64,000 nucleotides of DNA from Vermamoeba vermiformis. Lineage: Eukaryota. The notes beneath the pieces were generated by a model. That model did not search any database, had not been told where the DNA came from, and saw only the letters and a list, made by a program, of their open reading frames with translations. The DNA lies in contig JBEWZL010000076.1 in NCBI GenBank assembly GCA_045837725.1, positions 248,001 to 312,000 of the forward strand. The letters run 5' to 3'. Both the position numbers and the translations under genes were made by a program. Shown in pieces: positions 29,249-41,912 of this stretch (position 1 is its first letter; the number at the start of each line of letters is the position of its first letter).

Positions 29249-29830
29249 ATGGCACTTGCATTGAAGAGAGCGATTGCTGAATTCGAAGCTGGCAACGGAA
29301 TCAAGGGCTTGAATCAAGCTCTTGCTAAGATCAGCCCCAACTTGAACACCTCTTTTGATCTCGACTCAGTTAAGGCTTTGGAAGTAAGTCCGTTGATCCG
29401 ATCCGACCTGAAGAAAACGTTCAACGCAACTTCTTAATTTATGTGTCGACATTATCTCTATAATTATTAATAATCATTTTAGGGTAAAATTGCTTGGACG
29501 AGCAAAGAAGAGTTGGATGCGCCCGTTGCAGTGTTGAAGTACTTCACGCGCGAATACAACGTGCTCAAGACAGTCATCGAAGCCTTCCAAAAGATCACTA
29601 AGGACGCTATTGGCAAAGAAGCCATTCAATCTGAAGTCGAGAAGATCGTCATTCACATCACTCAAGACGCCACGCAAAAAGACACTTTTGCTGTTGGATG
29701 GAAGGTTGAGAAGCAAGGCAAGGACTTGCACTTGACAATTGCACGTGACTGGCCTACGCACGCTAAGGAAGGCAACAACGGCTATCCTGCTGAAGGTGCT
29801 TTAATCAAGTTAATTGAAGCTATTTTGTAA
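29249..29830 (+). CDS. Hypothetical protein (~160 aa), two exons
   Basis: Open exons 29249-29383 and ~29483-29830 with biased codon usage; no family recognised. Confidence 0.7.
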
Positions 29831-30044
29831 AAACCTACTCGAAATGTCGGATCTCGCAGCAGATCTCGATTTTCATTTTCTTCACCTAAATAAATCACAT
29901 TATGATACTCAATACTTCAATTAATGGTTGTATTTTCTAAAGCTAAATGAGTAAGGTTCGGTTAATAAGGATATTTATTACAAGATAGATTTGGTTACCG
30001 CGCCAGTGTTATTAATAATCCATTCGCTGAATTAATCTTTGCAA

Positions 30045-33000
30045 TTATTTTTTCTTTTCCCCTTTTTTGAGCTCTTGTTGGGCCTCAGCTTTAAGTTTTT
30101 CTAATTTAGCTTCAAATCTAATCAATTCTTCTTGCGTGGCTCTCAATTCAGCGTCTAAATGGTGCATGCGCAGTTTGACACCAGTCGCGGGATAACTAAT
30201 GGATCCCAAATCCACCAATTGTTTTTGAATTTCCGCCGCATCTTTTTTGCACTTTTCAACTTCACCTTCAATAATAAATCGTTCAACGCCCTTGGAGAAC
30301 GACGGATCTTTTTCAACCACGTCCTTGAACACTGCCAAGTACAACGGCGAGTACGGCGTTACCTAATAAGGCAAAATTAGCATCAATGTCAGGCTTACAT
30401 TTGCCGAAAATAGAAAAGCTCGAGATGGGATCCGCAAAAAAATACGCAAAACATTATTATGCGTCATGGTGAGTGAAATTTGGGTAGGATAATCCAAAAA
30501 TAGAAATATTTCCTAATATGGAAATTGTGTCCTGGGTACTTACAGCTTTCTTCTCGCCGACTTTGTTGAAACTGATCAAATGTTTCTCGGCCAATGCCTT
30601 CAACGCGCCTTCATTGCCCTCAAACACAGTGAACAAGAGTTCATCGTAGGGAACAAATCCACGCTCAACCAACAACTGCATGGTGGCCCAAAGTTGTTTG
30701 TGGCTCCATGGATTCGTGGATGTGCCTGGTGCAAACTTGCTGCCAAAGCCTTTAGAGCGAATTTCTTTCTTGGCCTCGTCTTTGAGTAACTTTAACGCGC
30801 CTGTTACAATTGCAAAAAATTAATTTCTCGTTCATGAACGGCAGGTTCAGTGAACGTAAAAAAAAACTTACGATCAACTGGCACGCCACGAGTAGCCAAA
30901 CTAATGAACTAAAATAAAGTTAGCAATGTATTAGGTATACTATATTTAGTACTATTAATAGAAGTTAGCTTACGCGTTCTAGATCCGCCAAACGGCCGCC
31001 CAACAAATCAATAATTTGATCCAATTTTTTATCATCGACTGGATCAGGCACTAAAAATAGATCATTAAAAAACATTTCCTTATTTGGTAATAGTTTTTGA
31101 TCCTGACGTACCGACTAATTTGGACAAATCTTCTTTCAAATTTGGCACCACCACGGCCGCGTGATGCACTGCCGCGTCATTGGTAGCTTTAATTGCCACG
31201 TGCATCGAATTTGCAGATGCAAATTTAGCTTCGTCGTCGGTGATCGGCAACACTTCGCCCACTTGTTCTTCATTTGCAGCTTCTTTCGGCTCCACGTACG
31301 AGATGGGCATGAACGCATCGACTTCATCGCTGTTGTCCTGTTCTTGAATGGCCGTGTTGTTGTTTTTGAAATTCAACCACTTGTCGAGCAGCGATTGGTT
31401 CGTGGCTTCAAGTTGTTTTTTCTTTTCAATCACGCTTTCACGGTACGCGTTCATTTGTTCGCGCAAATAGGTCTTCACTTCGTCTTTGGCCACGTCTGTC
31501 ATTTGCACTGTAATCAGCGCTGTTCTGAGAGCCTCGGCTAAAATTTCAAAATTAGATCCGCAAAATTAAAAACACTCGTAATTTTAGGTGTCGTGAAAAA
31601 AATTTTGCAGCGATAAATTAATGCAAAGATACATTTGTTATTTTTGAGCAATCAAAAATATATTCATGAATTATGTTACGTACTGTTTCTGAGCGTGGAT
31701 TCAGTCTGCGGGCTATCACCGACATAAACGACCTGAGCGACACCCCAATTGGTGACTGACCGAGACCAGTTTGACAACACGCGCATGATGGCGTGTGCTC
31801 TGTTGTATTCGTCCTTGTTCTCGGGCTACGGGGAAAAATATTAAAAAAACCGATCTAACACGAACCATTGACAAAAAAATGTGAAATTTCATATCTGTTT
31901 TGGTTAGTGTTATTGTGGCTAAATTACCTTATTTAGAATTTGAGCAAATTTGTCAAAGTCGTCGAAGATGATCCACGCGGGTTCATTCGCTTGTTGTGCA
32001 CGCACGCGCAACACTTTGTTGAGCACTTCCATCATGGCTTTGAACTGCGCTTCTTGTGGCGGCGTGACTGCTCATCAATGACGTCATTAGTAATTCCGTG
32101 GTTCAATATTTATAACGGAATTTCCTTTTATGGAAAGTGATTTTCGTTCAAATTGATCGATAATAAAATATATATGATTGCTGTTAATATGGCATTCGTA
32201 ATATCCTGTGGTTCAGTAATATTTATAACGGAATTTCCTTTTATGGAAAAGATTGTTCGTAAAAAAGTATAAATTATTATCAGCATGAAGTACGTACAGC
32301 TAGAATTGGGCAAGAAACCAGTGAACCAGACGAGCAGCGTGTTGAGTGCGTTGAAGGAAGGTCTGAAGCCAATGGCTTTGATCACTGCGTCCATGAAGTC
32401 GGCTGTTGTTTCCACGTCACCGCACGCGATGCGCACTGAGAACATACGACTAACGGACAATAATAAGATAAGTATCGTAGTACATAGCACAATATATATT
32501 CATTAATATTACTATTCTCATATTGAGATTTAAGTAAAAAAACATTTTGTATTTGTTAATATTACGATAGCTTTGACTGATTGTGTTGATACATATATAA
32601 GTATCGTACAAAATTATATATTATCCAATAGTATAATCATACAAATTTCATTAAGTAGACGAGATCCGGATCAGATTTTTTCGGGAAAAGTTAATTTCAA
32701 CTTGTAATGAATACTCAAACTTATTAATAATATTAAGACTATGTTATGCAACGACGTACCCTCTGCTAACTTTTTTCAACAGCGTCGATTTGTTAGTGCC
32801 CTTAGGACCCATGAACAAGATGACCCCTTGCGGTTTCTGTCTTAACATGTCCCGCAAATCTTTTTCTTTTTCAGTCTCGTTGCGCCAAATAAAGCTCGAT
32901 TGTCGCTCGCGATAATAAACTTCCACTTGTTGCTCGACGGTCAACTTTTGAAACACGAACCAGTAGCGCATTGGATTGATCAGCAGAATCGATGCCAGCA

Positions 33001-34417
33001 CGAAACTGATACCCGTCAGTGGGACCTATATTAGAAGAGTTATTAATATAATAAAGGTTGTATTTGTTGTTTTTCTTACGGTAATTCTTGGTGACTTGAG
33101 CAGATCCGTTAAAAATGTAAGTTTCTATAATAAGAAAATCGTTAGTATTAGTACTCAATACATATCATCACAATAAAAAGAGTCACATATTCAAACTACA
33201 ATACGGTTGTTAATAATAACTGTGAGCAATTTGAAATAGATCCGTATCCAGCTAGTTTTTTTTAAATTTCCAAATATGGTAAATAAGTATCTTATTAAGC
33301 ATAATTATGTTGTAGTACTTACATCACGTGCATCATAATTAATGACCAACATGGTATTATCCACGCGTTTTCCATGCAAACAATTCCTCGCGGCGGTGGC
33401 ACTCTGCGTGTCTTTGAACCAGATCCGCACAGGTCCGTCTTTTTCCGGGAACAAAATGTCTTTCATTTTGCCGTAGGGTCTGAACTCGCGGAACAATGTC
33501 TCTTGCGACAGCACATTACCCACCATTTGCACGCGCAAACGAGGGGTTGGGGCTCGGCTGATCAGATCTTCCACGAATGGCTCGCCCTATGGGATTACCA
33601 AAAATAGTAATAAGTAGCTAAATAGTATATTCATGAATAAAAGAAATTACCAAAAATAGAAATGAGAAAAAATAAAGTAAATTTTACGTGTCGTACGTGA
33701 ATTCAACGTTAAACTCATGTTATTAAGAATAATACTTAGTCATATATTATATAAATATTCGATATATAATTCGATAAAAGTAACTACTAAGGCCGATCTA
33801 GTGTCGTTTCGGAGCGCATCCGAGACTATTTTTGTTTGAAATTGAGATTAAGTACCTGAACGAACCAAGAATGCACTCCCTTGCGCATATTAATTTCTGC
33901 GAATGCTTTTCTAGCGTCTTCAACTGATTTGAAGTTGATGTAACAGCCTCGTTGTTTAGGACTCGGGATCTACTCAAAAATAAATCAGAATAAAGTATTA
34001 ATTATGAATAATAGTATCAAATTACTATATGAGCCTTTGATGAGAAATCAGCGACTTTATCAAGCGTTTCTTTGACCATTTTTTCAGCTGCGAGATCGCT
34101 CGATCCGAAAAGTCGCGACCAAATGGTTTCTTTTTGTCCAACCTGTTATAGAAAAATTAATAATAATTTTTAAAATATAATTCTTGGTTTTGAATTGAAA
34201 ATAAAGCAGATCCTGATGAGCACCAATTTTTAAAATTTCAGAATTATTTAGCCACTTTAATATAGCGTTATTAACGTACCCATAATGTTTTTGTTTGGAT
34301 TACAGGGGTAAATGGGAGTGCAGTCGCTTCCGTTGAATTGAATCTACGTTGGATGTAGTTCTGAACGTAAGGGATCGACTGAACTTTCTTTTGGGCTGCT
34401 GATACTAGTAGCCACAT
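30045..34417 (-). CDS. YME2: Mitochondrial escape protein 2 (RRM + TM + RNA12 P-loop domain)
   Basis: RRM LSQETLFREFRPYGKMKDI..ATAARNCLHG; TM segment; VILFMGPKGTNKSTL; WIIFDDF; LLGGRLADL; C-terminal coiled coil. Confidence 0.8.
32097..32262. repeat. Degenerate ~113-bp tandem duplication in a YME2 intron
   Basis: AATATTTATAACGGAATTTCCTTTTATGGAAA is identical at 32105-32136 and 32218-32249. Confidence 0.8.
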
Positions 34418-34810
34418 TACTGAATATACTTATATAATACAAAGACTCGCTAAATAGTCATAAATAGCCGTTGTGGTTGCCGAGCGCGAAGGAAATTTGA
34501 AAATGAAATCAAAAGTGAACTTACCACCTCAATCCACCGCTACAATACCTATAAATTTGCTTATTGTTAAAAAATACTATAATTTCCGCAATGCAACCGT
34601 TTAAACAAAAGAGAATCTTCGAAGATTCGAGAACGCGGATCGATCTGCCGTTCAATATGCGTTTAATCAATTGGATTGCGTACCTATGGTAGTATACATG
34701 GTAGTAAATACTAGTTTCAGAACTTTTTAGGGCTGGCAATCTGATGGGTCCTGATTTAATCGAGCTGAAAATCTTTTTAATTTTTACACAAATTACCCCG
34801 CGAGAACACA

Positions 34811-35956
34811 ATGGCTGAACAAAAATTACAACAACAAGCTGGAGGTCATCAAGGTGCTTTTATTAAGACCACCGATGGCAAAATTAAAAAGATGACCAAG
34901 CCGATCGAATACGATTTTTATGAAGGCTTGAAAAATCGTCCTATTCCTCCCGAAATTGTGCCTTTCTTCCCTAAATTTTACGGAATTGAAGTTATTGAAG
35001 GCCACAGTAAGTTAACGAATATTTTCTATTATTACTTCACGAAAAGAAAAAAATTGCGAATTTTAAAATCGCTACATCCACCTCAAAAAATCTACTTCTG
35101 ACGTGATTATCATTTATAGAGTATATTGTGATGGAAGATCTTACTTTCGGCTACAAGCAACCCTCTATTATCGATATTAAGATGGGCACATCCAGCGTTG
35201 GCGAAGAAGCTACTCCCGAAAAGCGCGCTTCCATGGCTGAAAAGGATAAAACTACTACTACAGTCTCATTAGGCATTCGTGTCGTCGGTGCTCGCGTAAG
35301 TACTCGATATTTAATTTTTTTTCAAATTTCCTTCCGGATTGCAAAGTCACGCGCAACAAACAAGCCTTAAATTATTTGCAATAATATTATTAAATTAATC
35401 TTTAATATTTTACATAGGTCTACTCGAACACTGAGCACTCTTTCGTCGTAAAAAAGAAAGACTACGGTAAAAGCTTGACAGATGCACAAATGGACGACGC
35501 GCTTGCTTTTTGTTTCAGCGACGGCAGAACAGTGCGCAAGGAGTTGTTGAAAATGTATTTGGACAAATTAAGAGTCTTGGAGCAATGGTTCGCCAACCAA
35601 CACGTCATGCGAATTTACTCCAGCTCTTTGTTGTTCGTTTACGAAGGTAAAACATACATCTATTATAATATATAATATTATCCTTATATTACATACTTAA
35701 TATCCGATACTCTAATGCTACAAATTTTGAACCTTTACGGATTCGGATCGAAGATCTTTGACCAAATTTAAAGTTCATTTTAATTATTTAATACTAATGC
35801 TACGATATTTTTATAGGCGAAGGCAATGACGTCAAGGGTGATATTCGCATGATTGACTTCGCACATGTGTCAGACATTAAGGACGGCGGCATTGACCAAG
35901 GGTACTTGTTCGGTCTCAGAAATTTGATCAATTACTTTGTCAAACTCTCGCAGTAG
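34811..35956 (+). CDS. Inositol polyphosphate kinase (IPK superfamily; IPMK/IP6K-like)
   Basis: QAGGH, MEDLTFGYKQPSIIDIKMG (PxxxDxKxG), YSSSLL, MIDFAH and DQGYLFGL. Confidence 0.95.
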
Positions 35957-36110
35957 AGGGACTGCTGTGCTCAAATCTATTTGCACATTATACGTAACTA
36001 ACTAGCTTATGGCAATAAATAATTCTGTTTTCTAAGTGGGAGCAATTTAATTAAAGCAGCTACGTTAACCAAATATATTTCATAATTATGAGATTTTTTA
36101 TTTACTTCTG

Positions 36111-39100
36111 CTACTTCTTCTTTGCAAGCCTCATTTTTTTGATGGCATGCACATGGTCCTCATCCTCAACATCAGCTGCTGCACTTTTCTCAACATTCTT
36201 TCGTTTTAAACCTTTCCTTGGTTGCAGTTCTGTGTTGAGTGCTTCTGCAATTTGAAATGCTTTTAAAAACAAAGGAGAAAGCCAGCCTTCACCATTGCTC
36301 AACATGATCTTGCCTGCAGCTTCTAATGCTAAGGCTTCATTTTTGAGTGCTGTGTCTGTCAAGTGACCACCCAAAAGATCAGTGCTGGTGTTTGGTGCAA
36401 GCAACATGAATATAATTGGCTTGTTGGCCAGATCCATTTCCTTGATCTCTTGGAACAAATTTGCAGGTATCATCTGGAAACTTGTTAATACACAGTAAAA
36501 AAAGAAAATCTTACCTGTTTTGCAGTTCTGCACTGTATACCCAGCATAGATGCAAATTCAAACTGATTGTTCTTCTTTTCAAACAGAGGCACCATAACGT
36601 CAAAAAAAGATGATTTCTGTTTGTTCACTATGATTGCCCTTGTGCTCTCTACCAGTGTAAGAGCTGCCAAGTAATTGTCTATTTTGAGAGGCTCACCTCC
36701 ACCCCTGGGGACTTGTAAAATGCCATTCAAGCACAACTAAAGTTGATTAACACTTTGCCAATGCTATTTAGAGCACTTACATAGTACATGCTGTGCCAGC
36801 CCTTGATAACATCTGACATTGCAACAAATTCTCCCTCAGCACTAGCTCCCAGTCTGTATCGAAGCCATAAGGCAGAGGCTGCAGCATTTTGTAAAATCTC
36901 TTCTTTTTGTGAGAAGTTATTGTCGGCAGTGTCACCACCAATAACTTCCAGCAGGCTTGGCTCCCATGTGCTTAATTGTTCATGTTGAATGTTCATAGAC
37001 AACAGCCTTGGTTTGAAGTCCTAACAATGTTAATGCTACACTCAATTGAAGTTGACTTTCCACTTACTTTAAGGTCTGGATAAAAGTAGAACGGCAAAGT
37101 GTACATCCTTGAGGAGAGCTGAGTTAGGTCATCATTGACATCAAAGAGAAAGGGAAGTAGATGCCCCTCAGCCTCCAAGTCAGCATATGTTTTTCCTCTA
37201 CAAAACAAGTGAATAAAGAATTTTCCTGAAGAGCGAGGTTCAAACTCTTACACTTCTCCAATTATTGAAGTTGGATCCTTTGGTAAACACAAGGCAGCCT
37301 CCAGGCAAACTCTACCCCAATCATCCTTTGAAAAGCCATCAGGAGGTTGTACTATGCCTTTGGTTTTGTTGAAACATCCCAGCACTGAATGTTGCAACTC
37401 AGTCAGCAGCTGTAATTTCTTTTCCTGTGGAATTGCTGCAGCGGTCAACACAGCTTTGTTGTTGCTAATGCAGCTGAACAAGTACTCAATTGCCCTTGGG
37501 ATTCCTAGTGTTCTAATCCAAAGAGTAGCAAGGACTTCACAAGCGGTCTGTGAAAGTTGACCTTTATCAGTGGGCTTGGCCTCTTCTGCCAAGAAATAAT
37601 GATTCAAGGTCAAGGAGCAAAGGCTTTTCAGGTACTTGATGTCATGTAGTGGCTCAAGAGGCAGATTTAAGCGTAATTGACATAAAGTTGAGTCTTCAAC
37701 CTTGTGTAGCTGGCCTATTTTCAACCCCACCTGATTTCAATTAGTTATCTTACTGCATTAAAACCAACATACCATAAAAATATGTGTAGGCTTGGCCTTA
37801 CTGTTGATATTCAGTAAACATGATAGCACACCATGAGCTAAGCTATGAAAGCCTGACAATTCCCTTGCTGAAAAACACTGTTGTCTGTTAGAAATGTAAG
37901 TACAATGTTCACATTGACATACCTGAATCTCATCAATGTTAATGAGAGCGATTGGGGCCTCTGCCATAACAACTCCGCTAAACACTGGTTCATAAGGGAT
38001 TTCATCCACCAATTGTTGAAATTGTGCATACAATGACTCAACATTAGTTCCAAAGTCTTCACAACTAAAATTATCTCTAATGCCATCTTTGAGCATTTGC
38101 ATACAAATTGCTGAGCTATCCTTCAAATTTGTTAAAGTGCTGGCAGAGCATGAAATCACTCTGCCCTGCTTCAATGTTCGATGAAGTTGTGCAATAAAAT
38201 GTAATCTAGATTCAAACTCTTTGCTTTGCCAATCATCCAGTTGAAAAAGTTCTTGGCGTTGCTTAGGATCACTAGTGTCTACCAGTTTAGCCAAAGTATG
38301 GTCCATCCTTGTCACTTCTTTCAGCTCAGTTAAGAAGGAAAATAAAACATCAGGATGATGAAACACTTGGATTGCCCATTCAACCAGCAAACGTGTTTTT
38401 CCAAATCCAGGAGAGGCAACTGTCAGAGCATGTATTGGCTTTGGTGCCAAATTATTGTAATTGCTATACACATCATTCAGAAGATATAATAAGGTATTTT
38501 GTCTGTTGTAAAATGGTGCTGATGCCACTTTCTTCCATCCACCAATAGTTAGGCGTCCACAAGGATGACAAAATGAAAATCTAGGGTCTTTGGCTTCTAT
38601 CAAATTGCATTTTTGCAGATGTGCATTCGTACTCTCCTTCGTTTGGCTAAGACCTTCAATTTATGTTCAATTCGGCCGCCGAATAATAACGTACTTGTCT
38701 TTTCAACAGCCACCAATATCTTTATCAGTTGTCCGTCTGGAACATTTGGAAGCAATTCTCGTAACTCTTGAATTGATCGTACAGGAGGCTCTAATAACGT
38801 GCTGCCTGAGACTTTTTCGTGTTCGATAACAGCTGCTTCTTCGTTCGTGAAACCTAACCTTGTCTTTGCCCATATTGCTACTTGTTCTGCGGTCAAATTT
38901 TGTCCTATTAACCGAATTATAATCGTGGAAAAAGTAGGGTTTGCGAGCTAAATGGATTATTAAATATTAATTATTTAATTTAATTTAATAAGCCGATGGT
39001 TAATTGATAGTCTATAACGTCATACAATTACAGTAATTTTGCAATATTACCGAAATTATTATAATTATTTACAATGAAAATAAGATGGTAGCACTAACCT

Positions 39101-39132
39101 AATTTTTCTGCGCAAGGAGGTTTGTCCGCCAT
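36111..39132 (-). CDS. Crinkler/CR-effector-like protein: SAM header + P-loop NTPase + restriction-endonuclease-like domain
   Basis: SAM-like LTAEQVAIWAKTRLGF..EKVSGSTLL; Walker A ASPGFGKT; Walker B LINIDEIQ; TLGIPRAIE; FFDVMVPL..LGIQCR; basic NLS-like tail; GT-AG introns restore frame. Confidence 0.7.
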
Positions 39133-39354
39133 GTCGCGTCACTCTTTCTGATATCACCATAACCTAGCACAATAATGGCTACTTATTCTTAATCCTTAAT
39201 CACGCGTGTTTGTTCTTTGCGGATCTAGCGCGAAGTAACTTGGCTGAAAAACACAGACTTTCCTAGGTATAATTTAAACAACATTAATGTTACTCGACAG
39301 TGCAATTAGGAATTATTTACATCGCATTACGCTCGATTGAAAAATATTTACAAC

Positions 39355-40764
39355 TCAATTATAATCTTGTTCTTGATCTTCTTCATCGTTGGGCTCATCG
39401 ACGTTATTATCATATTTGTTAGTCGTCTCAGGATCGCCCTTGAACTCGCGATTATTTAACTCGGCTAAAAACTTTTCAGCTTCTTCTTTATCGCCAAATC
39501 CGTCGTCTGTCAGATCCGACCACTCTGATTTCTTCTCTTTTTTGATTTCTTTTTTGATCGCAGGCGATGTTGGCTTTGCAAACGTAGCTTTGTCGTTCGA
39601 TGCGGTATGCGCTACTTTTTGTTTCTTGGCTGCTTTTAGATCGAGCTGGATCTCCTCCAGTGTCCTTCGATCCCGCTTTGTAGTGCCAAGGACCATTAAC
39701 TTTTCGGGCTCATCATCTAACTTAAACTTTCGCTTCTTTATGTACAAATCCTCTACTGGTTGTTCCTAAAATACTACCGGATCAGATCTACTATTGTAAA
39801 AGGTCATTCGTGCTAAGGCATCTCAGTTAAAATAGTGAAAATAAATGGCAATTGTGTTCGTACCTTTTCTTCGCTATAATCTTCACCTCCATAATCACCG
39901 CCACTGCCATCAGGCTTGCTTTCACCTCCCGCATCCGGATTCGTATCGAACATATCCTCACCATCGTATTTCTAACAATTATATTAGTAACCCATTTATG
40001 TAATATATATATATATATGATATTATATGTATCATTTCAGCTCTTTGGACTTACTCGTTGTAATTCTTGAACGTCGAGGGTCGATGGTGGTGCCTCGGGC
40101 CTCCACGCCATAACGAATCGATCGATGCCTAAATAGTATTATTACTTAATATCAGGCACCTTATTGATGAAGTGAGTGTCTGCAACGCCTCAAAATCCAA
40201 TCAAACGTTACCTTCACGGCCGAAAGAGTGCGTGACACATCCGTACTTTTCTCCAATTTCATGACTAGCCAGGCATTAGAATGGGTATTATAATGATAGT
40301 AGTATTGTATCACTTACACTATCAAGCGATATTTGTTCTCCATCGGCGGGTAACGAAGGGTTGGAGTGGATTTGTTCGACAAAAATTTCTTGAAGTGTCC
40401 TTCTACTTTCACGCGATAAGCGCTTAATTGGTTTGTTACTTTATTCGCCTTCTCCTTTTCTAGCTGTAATTTCCCTAAATATGTAAATTAGCCGAAGATC
40501 CTTCACGAAAATTGAAAACTTGGTAGAATAATTTCTACAAATTATTGAGTGTAAAGATCGAGTAATAATAATCTTTGATGTGCCATTACAGTCTAATTTG
40601 ATTTTTCTCGTTCGATCGGGATAATCAAAAAAGATTTTCAATTAAATTACTGCATCTTTCGTGCTTCAGAGAATCGAGATCTTACTTTTCTCTTCTTCCG
40701 TTAATTTAGGCCTATTTTTTTCAGTTTCTTCGATGCTCTTTAACATAGAATCAAGGATCGACAT
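39355..40764 (-). CDS. SPAG7: R3H-domain protein, SPAG7-like
   Basis: MSILDSM; LRYPPMEK..SHEIGEKYGCVTHSFGREGIDRFVMAW..P; C-terminal KRDRRTLEEIQLDLKAAKK. Confidence 0.8.
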
Positions 40765-40959
40765 GTTTCTGCCTTTTCAATAAACAAGCGAACTTCTATC
40801 GAATATAACGTATGTGATCAATTATGGTACTGCTAAAATAAATATTGAACTGGAATAACTTCAAAAATTGTGCTATGAATCACGCTGTCATGAGTTTGAC
40901 AAAAACTTGAACTCACTAGCCAGCAGATCAAACTATCAACAATTAATAGAAGTGCACAT

Positions 40960-41757
40960 ATGAGTACCAATACTCAACACCAAGAAAATTTGGTCGCACC
41001 CGAATTTAGAGGCAAAACATGCGTGCTGAAGTCGTGGCGATTAGAATGGGCTCCCGCGCTTTCAAAATTCGGAGATAATCCGAATATAGCAGCTAATTTA
41101 CCTGACCATTTTCCTCACCCGTTCACTGAACAAGAAGCAATCAATTACATCAACGGTAAAATCATAAAATTAATTTTCAAAATAATATCTTGGTCTCTAA
41201 TATCGTTAATTGCGTAAAATAGGTATTTTGAATGATAGCAATAAAAAATTGAGATATTTGGCAATTTGTGTTGAAGACGGAGAAAAAGTAGAGCCGATCG
41301 GCACGGTTTGCGGCGTAGCGTTAGAAGGAGGAAAGAAACACGTAAGTATTTATCGTATAGCACGAATACTTGCTAATGAATATCTTGCAGAGGGTGGAGC
41401 TCGGATATTATTTAAGCGAAGCTTATTGGGGAAAGGGGATCGTGACAGAGGCAGCAAAATTGATGGTCAAATACTTCTTTTCCGATTTTTATACGCACCA
41501 AGTGAATGATGGGCAACCAATCGTTCGTGTAGATTGCAATATTTACTCGTGGAATAAAGGCTCAGGTAAACGCGATCGGATTATCCTAAAGCGTGCTTTG
41601 TTAACCTTTGATAATAGAGAAAGTAGCCGAGAAACTGGGCTTTACTCGTGAATGTTATCAACAACAAGCTTGGTTGAAGAAAGGACAAGTTGTGGACGGC
41701 ACCGTGTACCGGTTATTGAAAGACGAGTTTTTAGCGAATCCGTTCTACTCGTCATAG
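40960..41757 (+). CDS. GNAT acetyltransferase, RimJ/RimL family
   Basis: NLPDHFPHPFT, VELGYYLSEAYWGKGIVTEA, WNKGS..VAEKLGFTRE. Confidence 0.9.
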
Positions 41758-41912
41758 CAAATAAAACTTACCTCCAATTCACCTCATATAATAAAACAAT
41801 ATACTCTATTAAAGAAAGCAGCACCACTAGTCAAACCGGTTAAGCTGCATCCGGATTCGAAGTCTAGAAAAAGAGTATTTAATACAAATAGGATACACTA
41901 TGATGCAAGGTA

